The position numbers and the translations under genes are program-made. Positions 34,771-46,891 of a DNA stretch of 64,000 nt are shown in pieces. Below the pieces are notes generated by a model. That model made no database searches, was not told where the DNA came from, and was given only the letters and a program-made list of their open reading frames with translations. This DNA comes from Botryllus schlosseri. Its lineage: Eukaryota. The stretch lies in assembly GCA_051294905.1 (NCBI GenBank), contig CM119378.1, positions 7,130,001 through 7,194,000 of the forward strand, written 5' to 3'. Position 1 is the stretch's first letter; the number at the start of each line of letters is the position of its first letter.

Positions 34771-37434
34771 TCAGTCGTCGCTCTTGTCCCGCTTCTTCTT
34801 CTTCTCCTTGCTCTTCTTGGCCTTCCTCTCGTCCTCGTCCGATGACCTATTATGATGCCGCTTCTTACTTTTTTTCTTACTCTTCTTTTTCGACTTTCTC
34901 TCCCTTTCGCTCTCCGAGTGGCTCGACTCCGGACTGGGCGAGCGGTTCCGTTGCTTTTTCTTCTTCGAACGCCTTTGCTCTCTCTCGTCATCATCCGAGT
35001 CGGACTCGGAGGACGACGAATTCCTTCTGTGCTTCCTCTTCTTTTTCTTCTTCTCTTTGGCCGCTTCTTTTTCCGCTCTCTCGCGGGCCGCTTTCGCCTC
35101 CTCCTCCAGCGTGTGAATGTGCTCGTTAAACAGCCTGATACGATCGGCTTCCACGGTGACGGCTTTAAAAGCTTCCTCCCCTTCCAATCTCTCGCGACAA
35201 TCCTGCCACTTGGACTCGACGTCGATCGCCGGAGCGCAACTTTTGAGCATATTCCTAAACCCGGCTTCTCGCCGTTTTTGTTTCCGAGCCTCTTCCTTGA
35301 TTCTTTCTTTTTCGCGAGACTCCGCTTTTTCGACAAGCCCGTTAAACGCGAGCTTAATGTTCCCGGCGTCCAACGTAGCGGCACGCTTATCGTCTGTAAC
35401 TACCACCGCGAAAGCGTCAAACGTAGTTTTCAGCCCGACATCGAAATTTTTGTCTTTCAATATATCGCGGATTATCTTTTTCTCATCGTGAAAACGCGAT
35501 TTTAAATCGTCGACGTAGAACTTGAACAAATCTAACGGCGTAGACCCAGGCTGCCCGATGATACGGCTAAACTCATCCGCCTTCGATATCCCGGGATATA
35601 ACTCCATCCACGTAGACATAGAGTGTAACTTCCCGTCATCGTGTAAAGAATCTAGCATTTTCACAAATTTTTCGCGACTCTTACGATACGCTCGCCTTTC
35701 GAGAGTCCTTTTTCTCTCCAATTCCTCGTCCAAGTCTTTCTCCTGATCCTTGATGACGTCTTCGAAACAAATCAACGCGTCCTCCTTGTCCATGTTTTGA
35801 AGATCTTCGTCGTCCGCGAATTCCGCGTTGTTCATCAGCATCTGCTGACACTGCGACCAGGTGGTCCTGGCAGAGAGCTTGTCGAGATTGCTGAGAATCT
35901 TACGCAGCTGCTTCATGTTCCTGCGTCGCAGCTCTTTCGTCTCTTCCTTCTCTTTTTTGGCCAGCAGAAACACGACGTCTTCGTGAATGTCTTTCCTGTC
36001 GCGTTCGTCCACGGATTTCCAAATCGGGAAATCCGCAAACATCTTATCAGCGGCGCGATATCGGACGGTGCTACTCATTTTTTCGTTGGTCTCCAAAAAT
36101 TTTTGCAACTTTTCCTTGTTTTCTTTCACTCTCTGCCTCTCTTCCTCTTTCTCTTCTTTGCCACGCTGTGTTTTATATTCGTTAAAAGCCTGCTTCTTTT
36201 CACTGAGCTTCTTCAAAGCAGTGTACCTTGGATCGTTCACTATTAGCTTCATGGCTTGCTCCCAGGTTGCGTTGGCAGGCACAGTTTTCTCTTTCAACAC
36301 ATCTTTAAACGCTTGTTTCGCTTCATCTTTCGTAGCGTATTCAAACTTTTTCTCCTCTTTTTTCCCTTTCTTTTTACTATCAGCCTTCGATTCTTCATCG
36401 TCCTCCTTGCTAGAATCCTCATCCTCTTTATTATCCGCATCATCTCCATCGGAATCGGATTTAGCCTTTTTCTCTTTCTTATCCTTCTTCGCCTTTTTGC
36501 CCTGCGACTTCTGTTGCTGGGCCATCATCATCATCTGCTGCTGCATCATCATTTGCTGTTGCATCATCATCTGCATCTGCATGGGGTCCATCATGGGACC
36601 GCCCGGCATCATAGGGTTGCCCATCATGGGGTTGCCCACCATGTTTCCCATGCCTTGAGACATGTCGGCCGGGGTTTGGTCTGTGGTCTGGGCTGCGTCA
36701 TTTGGTTTGTCTGTAGACTCTGGTTTTGTAGTTTCTTCTTTGCTTTTATCCTCGGCTGGTTTATTCTTTTCTTCTTCCTCCTTTTTCTTAGCGTTTTCCT
36801 CCTCGATTTTTTGGATTTTATCTTTCAACTCCTGCAAATCTTTTGGGATAGTCCACACGCTGGTTTTTGTTTCTGAATTATAATAATACGGTTTACCCGA
36901 ATCAGATTTGTATTCCTTCCAAGGACAACCGGCCAGTAATTGCTCGGCAGATGACTTTAGCTCATCCGGTTTCTCCCATTTTGATTGTTTTGTTATCGCG
37001 TTGTAGAAGTACGTTCTACCATCCGGCGCTTTATGCTCGGTCCAATCTGTCTTTTTACCGTCATTAGTGACCAATGGCTGTCCTTTTGACGTGTTAGTAG
37101 ATGGAGTCATGTTATTATTATTCCCTTGACCCCCCATCATCATAGGTGGCATCATGCCAGGTGGTGGCATTCCCGGAGGTGGCATCATCCCAGGTGGGCC
37201 ACCGCCTGGTGGCATCCCACCCATGCCCATACCCATTCCAGGGCCCATGGGTCCGCCCATCGGTCTCATACCGGGCGGGCCCCATCCCATCGGCGGCCCG
37301 TTCATTGGACCGCCTCCGAAATTACCCATCATGTTCGGCGGGCCGTTGAAATTGCCGGGTCCCATATCGCCACCGCCCGGACCCATTCCACGTGGTCCGG
37401 GACCCATCGGTCCTCCGCCTCCAGGGCCTGACAT
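34771..37434 (-). CDS. PRPF40A: Pre-mRNA-processing factor 40 homolog (2 WW + FF repeats, K/R/S-rich tail), single coding exon, 887 aa
   Basis: Uninterrupted 2664-nt ORF. WW domains [27 protein letters not shown] and [27 protein letters not shown]; FF repeats ([33 protein letters not shown]; [15 protein letters not shown]); G/P/M-rich N-terminus; basic serine-rich C-terminus. Confidence 0.96.
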   Translation of the reverse strand: MSGPGGGGPMGPGPRGMGPGGGDMGPGNFNGPPNMMGNFGGGPMNGPPMGWGPPGMRPMGGPMGPGMGMGMGGMPPGGGPPGMMPPPGMPPPGMMPPMMMGGQGNNNNMTPSTNTSKGQPLVTNDGKKTDWTEHKAPDGRTYFYNAITKQSKWEKPDELKSSAEQLLAGCPWKEYKSDSGKPYYYNSETKTSVWTIPKDLQELKDKIQKIEEENAKKKEEEEKNKPAEDKSKEETTKPESTDKPNDAAQTTDQTPADMSQGMGNMVGNPMMGNPMMPGGPMMDPMQMQMMMQQQMMMQQQMMMMAQQQKSQGKKAKKDKKEKKAKSDSDGDDADNKEDEDSSKEDDEESKADSKKKGKKEEKKFEYATKDEAKQAFKDVLKEKTVPANATWEQAMKLIVNDPRYTALKKLSEKKQAFNEYKTQRGKEEKEEERQRVKENKEKLQKFLETNEKMSSTVRYRAADKMFADFPIWKSVDERDRKDIHEDVVFLLAKKEKEETKELRRRNMKQLRKILSNLDKLSARTTWSQCQQMLMNNAEFADDEDLQNMDKEDALICFEDVIKDQEKDLDEELERKRTLERRAYRKSREKFVKMLDSLHDDGKLHSMSTWMELYPGISKADEFSRIIGQPGSTPLDLFKFYVDDLKSRFHDEKKIIRDILKDKNFDVGLKTTFDAFAVVVTDDKRAATLDAGNIKLAFNGLVEKAESREKERIKEEARKQKRREAGFRNMLKSCAPAIDVESKWQDCRERLEGEEAFKAVTVEADRIRLFNEHIHTLEEEAKAARERAEKEAAKEKKKKKRKHRRNSSSSESDSDDDEREQRRSKKKKQRNRSPSPESSHSESERERKSKKKSKKKSKKRHHNRSSDEDERKAKKSKEKKKKRDKSDD

Positions 37435-39485
37435 TATCTACTGGTAGTATGGAAATCTGAACCGACAAAAGAAGTATGATGGTAACTAATTCGGTGTAGA
37501 CTAGTAGAAATTAAGCTTGAATTGTCATTTTTACTCTATTTACAGTTCACAGTTTACAATCCAACTAGCAAAATCCTGTTAATTCCTATTTATCATGAGA
37601 AACATTAATCCAAACACAAATTGTTACGTATTTCTATATGTCTACATGGGATGAGACGTTGTTGCTGAGACGATGAGTTGCAAAAACAAAAGACTCGGAA
37701 CGAAAATGAATGCGATGCCACAAATGCACGCCTAGGGAAAAGCTAAGGAATAGCATTTACAATAATAGATGTGTGTGCTTACTGTGTGCACCATGTTAAT
37801 GGAAAAAAGCAGTAAAAAGTTTCACGAAGTATCAAGTCGTGTGCGGTGAGCAAACTTAGACAGGATTACATTCCATCTAGGTGCCGGCACACCTGATTTT
37901 GAAACATGAGGATGAGATCTACAGTAAATGGATCATACTGATGTTGATAAATTGAAAATAGGATTACTGAGTCAACCTTACTACAAGACAGATTAGGCGG
38001 CGGTATTTCATTTCATTCAAAAAAGCATAGAATGACCCTTGATTAAATTCCTTCACTTGATATAGATAGCTATTAGCTAGCTGGTGGCTGTGTTTGTATA
38101 TGCAATTATCTAATAGTAATTATTATAAGCAAGAACACTGAACATATGATTTCTTCTCAATTAGGGCAGAGTATAGTAGACTACCGTATCTAATTCTGTA
38201 TAAACACTAACACTCATTTTCATCATTGACCAATATGGTACGCCGTTTCCAGCCTTTCTCAGAATCCAACTTGCATTTCCAAGCGAATGAAATCAGTGTC
38301 ACAGGTCACAGCTAAGACTAATTCATATAACTACAGTATTAACTACCCTGAAAAAATTATGAAGGAATTAAATACTGATAACTCGCAATGACTCAAACAC
38401 AAGGAAGAAATGTGTCATTGAAATGTTCAAAGCGTTTTTAGAAAACACAAAAATTTATGAACTGATATCAGCATAACTGGACAAAATTGATTGCGAAAAA
38501 TTAAGCCTACGGCATTCCACAGTCGTGGGTAACTTGCGAACATCAAAAAAGGAGCCAAGCTCCAACGAGTCGAGAAGAATTTTGCAAAATTTGATGAAAA
38601 AGGGATAATTGCATTATCTGAGAGGACAGTGAGCAGTGGACAGAGCCAAACAAGGCAGTAAAACATGATTTTTTATTATGTATTAGTAAATCAATGCATG
38701 GCACCTGGTATAGGAACTTGTAGTCTAACGGAACAAATATAGGGACTTCTATAAACTATAGCATTTACATAAATTCGTTGCAAAGCAATGCATGGCTTAC
38801 ACAAAATTCATCAACGCGTCGTTAGATATGTTTACGATACATTTAACATAGGCCAATATGAATGTGCATTCATATTGCGTCAATTATATGTATGTAAAAC
38901 ATCTACATTGATGACCAATATCTTTTGTTGAACAGCTTTGTGCCTAAAAGAAACTATCTGATAGAAACTTACTGCGGGAGCAGCATTTCAAATTGTCAGC
39001 TTGCCATCAGAATAGCAGCCATCACTACGGAACAGAAATAGGCACAATAATCTCTAGCGCTTGAAAGCAAAGAGTTCAAATGTAATCTGCTCATATTAAG
39101 ACACACAACATTAGGAGTAAAGATATCATAGAAAAACCTTCAACATTCAAATATGGTTACTACATCGTATGGGACGACTATGATGAAAAGCTAAATTAGT
39201 AATTTCAGTAGGTTCAAAAACAGAACCCGGACAGTGGTACATGTGCAATGCGGTTTTGATAGATTAAAAGCATACAATCAACATAGTACATCCCTCATTT
39301 TTTAGGGAGCTGCAAAGTGCTTCAATTGATTATAATCGATAATGACTTTACAATAAAATCTGCAAAAGTTGTAAAGCAATTACAATGTCAAATCTCTATG
39401 ATAATACAGTGTTTGAATTGATACGATTAAAACAGCTTGAAACACCATCCCAACAAAAATTTCGATCCAAATTTCAGCTTTCATG

Positions 39486-40097
39486 TCACTGGTGGACAGT
39501 GGTCACAGTCCGTTCGGTGACAACGTCGCCCTGTTGCACTGTGGTGACCGTCGTTCTAACTTGACCGCCAGCTTGAGCCGTAGTGCTGTGCCGGCTAGCT
39601 TGCGCTCTGTCCACTAAACTTTTGAAATCAGGATATCTGAGGTAGCAATGATAAAAGCAGACCGCCGCCGTGATAAATCCAAATGCAATAGCTGCATCAT
39701 CTGCCGAAATACCCCGACCGGCGTGGGTGGCGGCAACGATGCTTGCGATCAGCATCATCATGAAATGTAGACCCGTGGATAGGAAATCCGACGCCGACCA
39801 GTGAATGACTCTAATTTTTTCACGGACACTAGTAGCCATGACACCGTACAATAGAATGGTCCAAATTAAAGCCCAAATAGCGACCCCGCGCAGGTGAATC
39901 CAAGCGTGAATCCCTACTCCAACACAAATCAAAATGATGATATAGAGCACCATTTCTATGGCTTTCAGCATTCCCGGAATGGACTTCATATAGTCTAGGT
40001 CGAGTGTGATACTTCCGTTTTGACCCTGATCTGATGGTCGGTATGGAGGAGGCGGGTCCACCGTCGCAATATCGTCAAATTGTCTTGCAGACTCCAT
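39486..40097 (-). CDS. MARVEL-domain four-TM membrane protein (CMTM/plasmolipin-like), paralog 1, intronless, 203 aa
   Basis: ORF with the MARVEL start signature YMKSIPGMLKAIEMVL, four hydrophobic segments, HWSASDFL motif and an N-terminal PPPPY. Confidence 0.88.
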   Translation of the reverse strand: MESARQFDDIATVDPPPPYRPSDQGQNGSITLDLDYMKSIPGMLKAIEMVLYIIILICVGVGIHAWIHLRGVAIWALIWTILLYGVMATSVREKIRVIHWSASDFLSTGLHFMMMLIASIVAATHAGRGISADDAAIAFGFITAAVCFYHCYLRYPDFKSLVDRAQASRHSTTAQAGGQVRTTVTTVQQGDVVTERTVTTVHQ

Positions 40098-42092
40098 CTC
40101 AGTAACATCAGTTATATGCTAAAATATCTTATGTCAGTGCTCAGTAACAGTCTCAACTGCAATATAAAACAGACCATTCGGTATTACTGTTCGAAGATGA
40201 GTAAAACTGCCGATATGCGAGTAGTCACAGAGACTAGCACATAGTTATAACCAACCAGCACTAAAGATCGAATAGATCGACTAACCACACATACAGACTC
40301 AAAAATTTCTATCATATACAATAATTCAATGAGATACCGAACAACTGCGATAACAAAGACTGGTACTGTTAACTGAGAAAAATATCCAAATCACAAGCAG
40401 CGGTAGAATTGATTTTGATTGCACTCTTCTTTATGAGCCATCATTCTGTAAAACCTTGGGTTGTAAAGTCAACAACGTTTATAAGTACAAAACCAACACT
40501 CCAATCCATAAGTACATCGATGGGATGAAGTAAGACTTCTCTAATGCATCAAAGGATTAAGGAAAATTCACGCAAGGACATCAGCTGGTAGAAATATACC
40601 GTAGTTTTACTACTGATAAAAAAAAGTTATGCTGATCCTTAGTAGGTCACACTCATAGTGGATAAGGCAAGTCAAGTTAAAAATCTATTCAACCTAAACG
40701 AAATGTACCTTCCAGAAAATTCATTTGCAATGAAAATTTACAGAATCTTTGCTTTATATTAGGCATGATCAACCTGATCTGGTAAACGTAAAAAACATAT
40801 GCAATCATACATGTGTAATGGTGGTCAATATATCTGCAATAGAATACGTGCTGAATTTAGCTTGAATCGATGGTCATTTTCTTATGTGTATGAGAGCAAT
40901 TGAGCACCACAAAGGTTTGATCACATGGCAGTGATGAAACTCAAAATGAAAAGCCTCAAAATGAAAAGCAAGATATAGCCAACAGTACTGACCAGAGAAG
41001 AAGTCATTGTGGCTACTGAAGTAGAAGCCTGTCATAAATTTCCACTCAATCAATTCAAGTAACATCTTCAGGATACATCATGACAACTGCTAGAACAAGT
41101 AGGAATCAGGATGTTTGAAAGTAGCCTGCAATTGGTTTGAAAATGTAGATATGGACTAAGGCGGCAGACTTTCCTGAGTCTACTGCCAACGACAACGGCC
41201 TAATGCTGCATATTGTAAAGAACAACCGATGATTGTTACCAATGGGTACAAGTACAAGTACTTTCTGTGACAGTGATACACGGATCTATCGTGACAATTT
41301 CACTTAGAAAGGACACAAAACCATACAACTACTTTCCATATGCCTTGAAGAAAAAGACAAGTACTTCTGTTAGAGAGACTGATGCAGTAGTGGAATTAGT
41401 TCAATAATTTAACCAGAAATAGTCAACAGAAGCAGACAAAACCCATTGAATGAGAAATACTTTGTAGCTGACCACCCATGGAATCCAATTGACAGTTAAA
41501 AACCAGTTCAAAAACTTGAGCATAGTATCGAAAATCATGTAATGAATATTTGGGTTAAGAATGTCATGGGTCATATGGCAATTGGCAACGGAAGACCACT
41601 ACAAAAACTAATACTATGATAACTTGAATAACGAATCCCGAATGAGGACAATAATGCACAATGAGATTTCTACCAGCTTCAAAATTCTGGAAAGCAACTT
41701 CACACGACATTGTGAATAACTAATCCACTGCATGTTGAATTGTGTTCGATACGGATGCAGCAATAGGCCGATAAGGACTGCAATTTAGATTTATCTGCTG
41801 ATAGGAACATAGTCTTTTTGATCAGCTGCATCCATCTTTCTGAGAGTCCAAATTTCAAATAGAATTGTTGATTGATTGCTATGAAAACTTCGAACCTGAA
41901 TTAATTATACTAATTATACAATGAACAGAAAAAACTTGAACAAAATTAGTAGACTTCTGAATAACTTTAATATTCCCTTCAAATATCTGAAATGCGAGTG
42001 TTATTGAGCAGTAGGATAATAACCGTGCAATAATCTGATTTCAACGACGATATACGGTTCAAACTCTCCATCGACAACCAATCTGAGCCCCA

Positions 42093-42761
42093 CTACTGCG
42101 CATATCTGGTGGTGATGGTTTGCTCAGTGACAACGTTGCCATGTTGGACAGTGGTGACCGACGTGGTAACATGACGATTAGCTCTTCGTTCGTGGACGTA
42201 ATTCTTGCAGATATGAAACGCAAGGTAGCAACTGTAACCATAGACTGCCGCCGTGATAATCGCAAACGCAATTCCAGCCCAATCACCCGATTCACCACCG
42301 CGGGTAAGGGCGACGATGCTTGCAATTGTCAAGATCAGACAATCACAAGCCGTAAACAGAAAATCAGTTCCAGGCCAATGGACGAAATGAATTTTCTCAT
42401 TGATGCGAGCGGCGAAGATGATGTAGAGAATGATCGTCCACACCATAACCCAAACGGTGACACCCTGCAGGTAACTGGATGCGTACCGTCCTGACCCGAG
42501 ACAAATCAAGATGATGATGCACAGCACTATTTCCACTACCTTCAATATTCCTGGGATGGACTTCACATACTGCCTGTGTACGGTGACATTGTCGAACAGT
42601 TGAATGTCATCGTTTTGATCCGTCGGATAATATGGAGAAGGTTCTGTCGGTGTATATGGAGAAGGTTCTGTCGGCGTATATGGAGAAGGATCCTTCGGTG
42701 TATACGGAGGAGGATCCGCTGAAGCGTCGGCATATCTCTTTCCAGAATCCATAGCAACCAA
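42093..42761 (-). CDS. MARVEL-domain four-TM membrane protein (CMTM/plasmolipin-like), paralog 2, intronless, 222 aa
   Basis: YVKSIPGILKVVEIVLCII, HWPGTDFL, four TM segments; shares the C-terminal TTSVTTVQHGNVVTEQTITT motif with paralog 1; N-terminal 8-aa PY repeats. Confidence 0.88.
   Translation of the reverse strand: MVAMDSGKRYADASADPPPYTPKDPSPYTPTEPSPYTPTEPSPYYPTDQNDDIQLFDNVTVHRQYVKSIPGILKVVEIVLCIIILICLGSGRYASSYLQGVTVWVMVWTIILYIIFAARINEKIHFVHWPGTDFLFTACDCLILTIASIVALTRGGESGDWAGIAFAIITAAVYGYSCYLAFHICKNYVHERRANRHVTTSVTTVQHGNVVTEQTITTRYAQ
42620..42718 (-). repeat. Coding 24-bp minisatellite (4 units) in MARVEL paralog 2
   Basis: Encodes DPPPYTPK-DPSPYTPT-EPSPYTPT-EPSPYYPT. Confidence 0.9.
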
Positions 42762-43434
42762 CGAATTTGGGAGATGTTAAAATAGCGCTGATAATAGTAG
42801 GCCTACTGACACCAACAGAACCAACGTTATTACAAGTAGATGATTAAAATATCATAAGAGTCACTTGAGAGAAAACTCATCTGTACATCTGCAAAGAATC
42901 GAGAGCCTCTGCCAGTGTTTTCACTTTAAAATAAGAGCGATGCTGTTCACTTTTATCATGGTTTTGATGACTACTAAAGCAGCCGGGACCATGCGATTCG
43001 TCCTGGACGCATGCGGAATCGTCTCATTTCCCTAATTCAGTGATATTAGTGGGATTTCGGCATCGCAATTGATAGTGAATAGCCCGTGACAGTGACACTG
43101 CAAGGAATACGCGTTGAAACTTGGAGGATAGGAAAATCTATGATACTGTAATATTAGATTGTATTAGAATAGTAGGTTGTCGTTTCTTGAAGCGACGCGA
43201 GAACAGAAGCCGTAAAAGTGACAATCAGAACGGGCTGCATACAAACCGAACAAACCCATGACAACAAACAAAGTAGCTTTTCACCATCAACATTTATACC
43301 AGCTGGCACCTCACCTATTGTATTGCAACATATACGGTATGGTACAAAGTAAAGCCCCGAGATCAACCACTGCACCCTAGTTGAGCACTAACCGAAAGCC
43401 ACACTAGTTTTCCTGTCTACAACATAGCGCTTAA

Positions 43435-43839
43435 AGGGGCACTGCGCTCAAAAAATGATGTGGTCTCAAATTGAAGGGCAAAACGGAAGAAAATTTTTGG
43501 CCGCAGATGTCTTCACTGTCACACTTGCTCGACGAGATTAGGCAGTCACGCTGAGAACGAACATTAGATAGTTGTCAGCCGATGTTATGAAGAAAATACG
43601 TCTAAAGTTCGTTCTCTGCGTGACTGCCTTATCGCGCCGAGCAAGTGCGACGATGAAGACATCGTGCCATGTAACGGGTTAAGCAGCCACGCCAGCTGGA
43701 GCGTGAAGGTCCTGTGGAAACTTCAATAAATTGCAGTTCCATTACGGTGTCGTTCTGAAGAAAATGGCTAAGGCCAAAAATTTTCTTTCGTTTTGCCCGT
43801 CAATTTGAGACCACATCATTTTTTGAGCGCAGCGCACCT
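43435..43839. mobile_element. Kolobok-like MITE with 68-bp TIRs and an internal second inverted repeat
   Basis: TTAA|AGGGGCACTGCGCTCAAAAAATGATGTGG... and ...AGCGCAGCGCACCT|TCAA; 68-bp TIR with 4 mismatches. AG...CT termini with a TTAA-like target are the Kolobok hallmark. Confidence 0.75.
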
Positions 43840-45223
43840 TCAAGGATGGAAAATGCGCATGGAAGTGAACGGACGCGACTTGTCACGTTCTTGCACTTCC
43901 TTCTCCTTATTTTTGCTCGATCCGTCCGTTTGAGAAGAGGGAAACAGTAGGACATGTTTACGTGTAATTCCGGCGTGAGTCTCGGACAGTACCTGACAGA
44001 TGTCCCTAATGGTAAGTAATTTGCAATTTGATATTTCTCCGCCCACCAGCTGCATACAGCAGTAATCTTTTGCCCATCAGCCTACATCCATCACTCGAGT
44101 ACTTGGTAAGATATTTGTTCCTCCAAGACAGCAAAGTTTCCCTTCCCGGCCATTACATTGTCACAGTTTCAGGATACCAGTACTTCAAATTATACCAATG
44201 GACTAAGTAGCTTAAAGATAATCTAAAGGAAAGGTTTAAACAAATAAGAATAGGCGCAAGGATTCATTAGCGGTTATGATAGCACAGACTGAAAAATAGC
44301 ATCAACTCAGAAATAAACCAGATTACAGCCAGTGGTGAATGTAACAGCGGATTGATCATGAACTACCATTCCATAAAATCAGAGACAAAATATAGTTTAC
44401 GCCACGTTGAAACCCAACAATCCAAAAAAATAAGACTTCTGTGATACCGGCACCAAATGCAGTCGAAGGTTAGGATAAAATGAAAAGGACCAGTGACATA
44501 AGTATATAGGCTACATGATTATAACATTTTACAAAAATTTATATCATCCTTGATCATAATTACTCAATCAATTATACTTTTCAAGAATTCATATCATATT
44601 CATATCAGTCAGGATCATTGATTTATACCAAGCAGGACGAAGTTGAAATTGTGAACAAGAAGCATGTGTATACCGTGTAATCTGCAATGGAATAACGCTT
44701 GTTGGATTTGAAAATGGTCATGAGATGCACATTGTTATATGTATATAGGCGAGAAATCTCAAGTATTCTTTCATAACAGAATTGTAGAAATAGCTGCAGT
44801 TACCATTATTATGAGATATTATATGGTACCGCATGCACTATATCACAAAGTGACAATATTACAGAAATCATCTTTCCTATTCAGACATATACAATATGAA
44901 CAACCGAAAGTTCGATAAGATTGAAAGCATATTAAGCAATATCAAGAATAATAGTCGGCAATAATCGCAGCCCATTTAGACAATCACGCAAATTTGGTTG
45001 AAAAATAAGATGGCGTGAAATAAACATGATCACAAACACAACTACTTCAGTCAAACATAGTCTCTCGCATTCTTTCACCAACTGCACAATATAAATTATA
45101 ATCATCGTTTTTTTGCTACAAATGGTAGCTTTGATATGAGAGTTTGATGCAGGACATAATATTCCTGTCACTATTACAAAATAAGTTCTAGATACAGTTC
45201 TAGAGAATGTTGTCACTTGAAAT

Positions 45224-45811
45224 TTAGGACTCCACGCCGGCAATATGCGTAATGTGGGATTTACGCTTGTGCCACTCCAGAACACATGCCCTGTACGCAA
45301 ACCATGCGCTACCCGAATATGCAATGACACAGAAAAATGCAAAAACGACAGCAGCCGTGCTTCCAGCGTTGCCGTTTTGAGTGGCAGTGACGATGGCAGA
45401 AATTAAGAAGAACAATGCATCTACAGCGGTGTTGATAAGGTCAGTCAAAGGCCAATTGAGAAATTTAACTTTGGTATTGATAGTCAATACAAAAATCAAG
45501 TAAAGGATAATAGTAAACACAATCGCCCATATGGCAACACCACGAAGGAAACCAAGACCACTGCAGCTAGAGCCTGAATTTGTATAACATGTTGCGCTTC
45601 CAATACAAATCAGAACGATAATGGACAAGAGTATTTCCACCAGCTTCAAGATCCCAGGCAGCGACTTGACGTACTGTACGTCGATAATGAAACCGCCGCA
45701 CGTCGAAGTCCTGTTTGCTACCGGTTCTGTCGTAGGTTGATACGGGCTGCTGTTTGATATCATCGAAGTATCCGCTGCTGTAGCATCGTCATTTTGGCCA
45801 GCTGCGTTCAT
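45224..45811 (-). CDS. MARVEL-domain four-TM membrane protein (CMTM/plasmolipin-like), paralog 3, intronless, 195 aa
   Basis: YVKSLPGILKLVEILLSIIVLICI, LNWPLTDLINT, four TM segments; more divergent than paralogs 1 and 2 and lacks their C-terminal T/V-rich tail. Confidence 0.9.
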   Translation of the reverse strand: MNAAGQNDDATAADTSMISNSSPYQPTTEPVANRTSTCGGFIIDVQYVKSLPGILKLVEILLSIIVLICIGSATCYTNSGSSCSGLGFLRGVAIWAIVFTIILYLIFVLTINTKVKFLNWPLTDLINTAVDALFFLISAIVTATQNGNAGSTAAVVFAFFCVIAYSGSAWFAYRACVLEWHKRKSHITHIAGVES

Positions 45812-46862
45812 CTTTTGTGAATATTAATCCCAGGCAGGTTGCTCACAGATTACTATAGCCTATTCAAGGTTTGATAACAAATTGACGGAAATCAATTAAT
45901 ACACTTGACTTATGCAAAGATTGGCACAAAAGTAATTCTATTGTTAGCGAATGCATATAATGTTTCATCTCCAACGGGAAGATTTCACAACCTAATAATC
46001 AATCATTGAGTAGATAAGAGATAACTAATCATAATGTGGGTGCGTAAGTGCGGCATCAAACCTTGCGTAGGCCGTATGCGGTTCCGTGTCCCGCATTTTT
46101 GCCTGTACTGCGCTCACCATCAAATGATAAGGATATAGTGAATGGTTCATGATCTACCTGTTGGTCGATATCATATCACACTTTGAATGAAATGTCGGTA
46201 TTAGCCGCCAGAGCCCAGAAGTAAGTAAACATTGGCAATTTTTGATCAAATGGTATAGGAGTCCAAGAACTAAAACCTGCGACTGCAAGACTAGGAATAT
46301 TGCATGGATATACCACGTGGATTTGGTGGTAACGCCACAACGTGATGCATAATCTTCTGTTTAATTTCTAGATAGTTTTATGCAAGAAACATTATATCCA
46401 GCGTCACGGACGGACAAAAACAACCACTGTACATATGCAGTCTGGTTCATATAGATTTCAGGTTTCCACTGTCCACAATGTACCAGTACCCTCTCTAGTC
46501 TACTTTATTTCCAAATTTTCGCCGTTAAAATATATGCTCTGAAACTTTGCAAATGCGCCTTAAGCTATGATGCTATATCTTTTGAATATCGTCGGAATAT
46601 ACGGGATTTATGTGACGGTATCGGAGCAGAAGTCCAATATCAGTCGCACTATATCAAAGGCACGCTCATATCGCGCTACGATTCCGCAAAATATTCATCA
46701 TGAGACATGCCAAAATCAATGTAAGTCGGGGAACGGATTATTATGCTGCCGTCTGAGAATCGCACAGGAACGAAACGAATAGGAAGCGATTGACTGCGTT
46801 GAGCACTGAAGCGTGCGGCCCACACTGTTCGGGGGCTCCGATGCCGTCCGGTGTTCATGGAT

Positions 46863-46891
46863 AAGTGATCCGGTGCCACCGTGTTTATATA
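46863..46891 (-). promoter_or_regulatory. Candidate TATA box plus Inr-like core promoter upstream of the MARVEL cluster
   Basis: Minus-strand TATATAAA (46891-46884) followed about 25 nt downstream by TCACTT (46868-46863), in a locally GC-rich segment about 1 kb upstream of the paralog 3 ATG. Motif spacing is the only support. Confidence 0.3.

Noticed and set aside
34467-35384. 305-aa alternative-frame ORF on the PRPF40 strand
   Set aside because: Lys/Arg-rich out-of-frame reading of the repetitive PRPF40 tail, starting at a non-credible codon, with no independent motif.
34659-37447. Many long plus-strand ORFs over PRPF40 (e.g. 34852-35505, 35987-36658, 36256-36876)
   Set aside because: Antisense shadows of a purine-rich, low-complexity CDS; products are F/S/L-rich with no domain.
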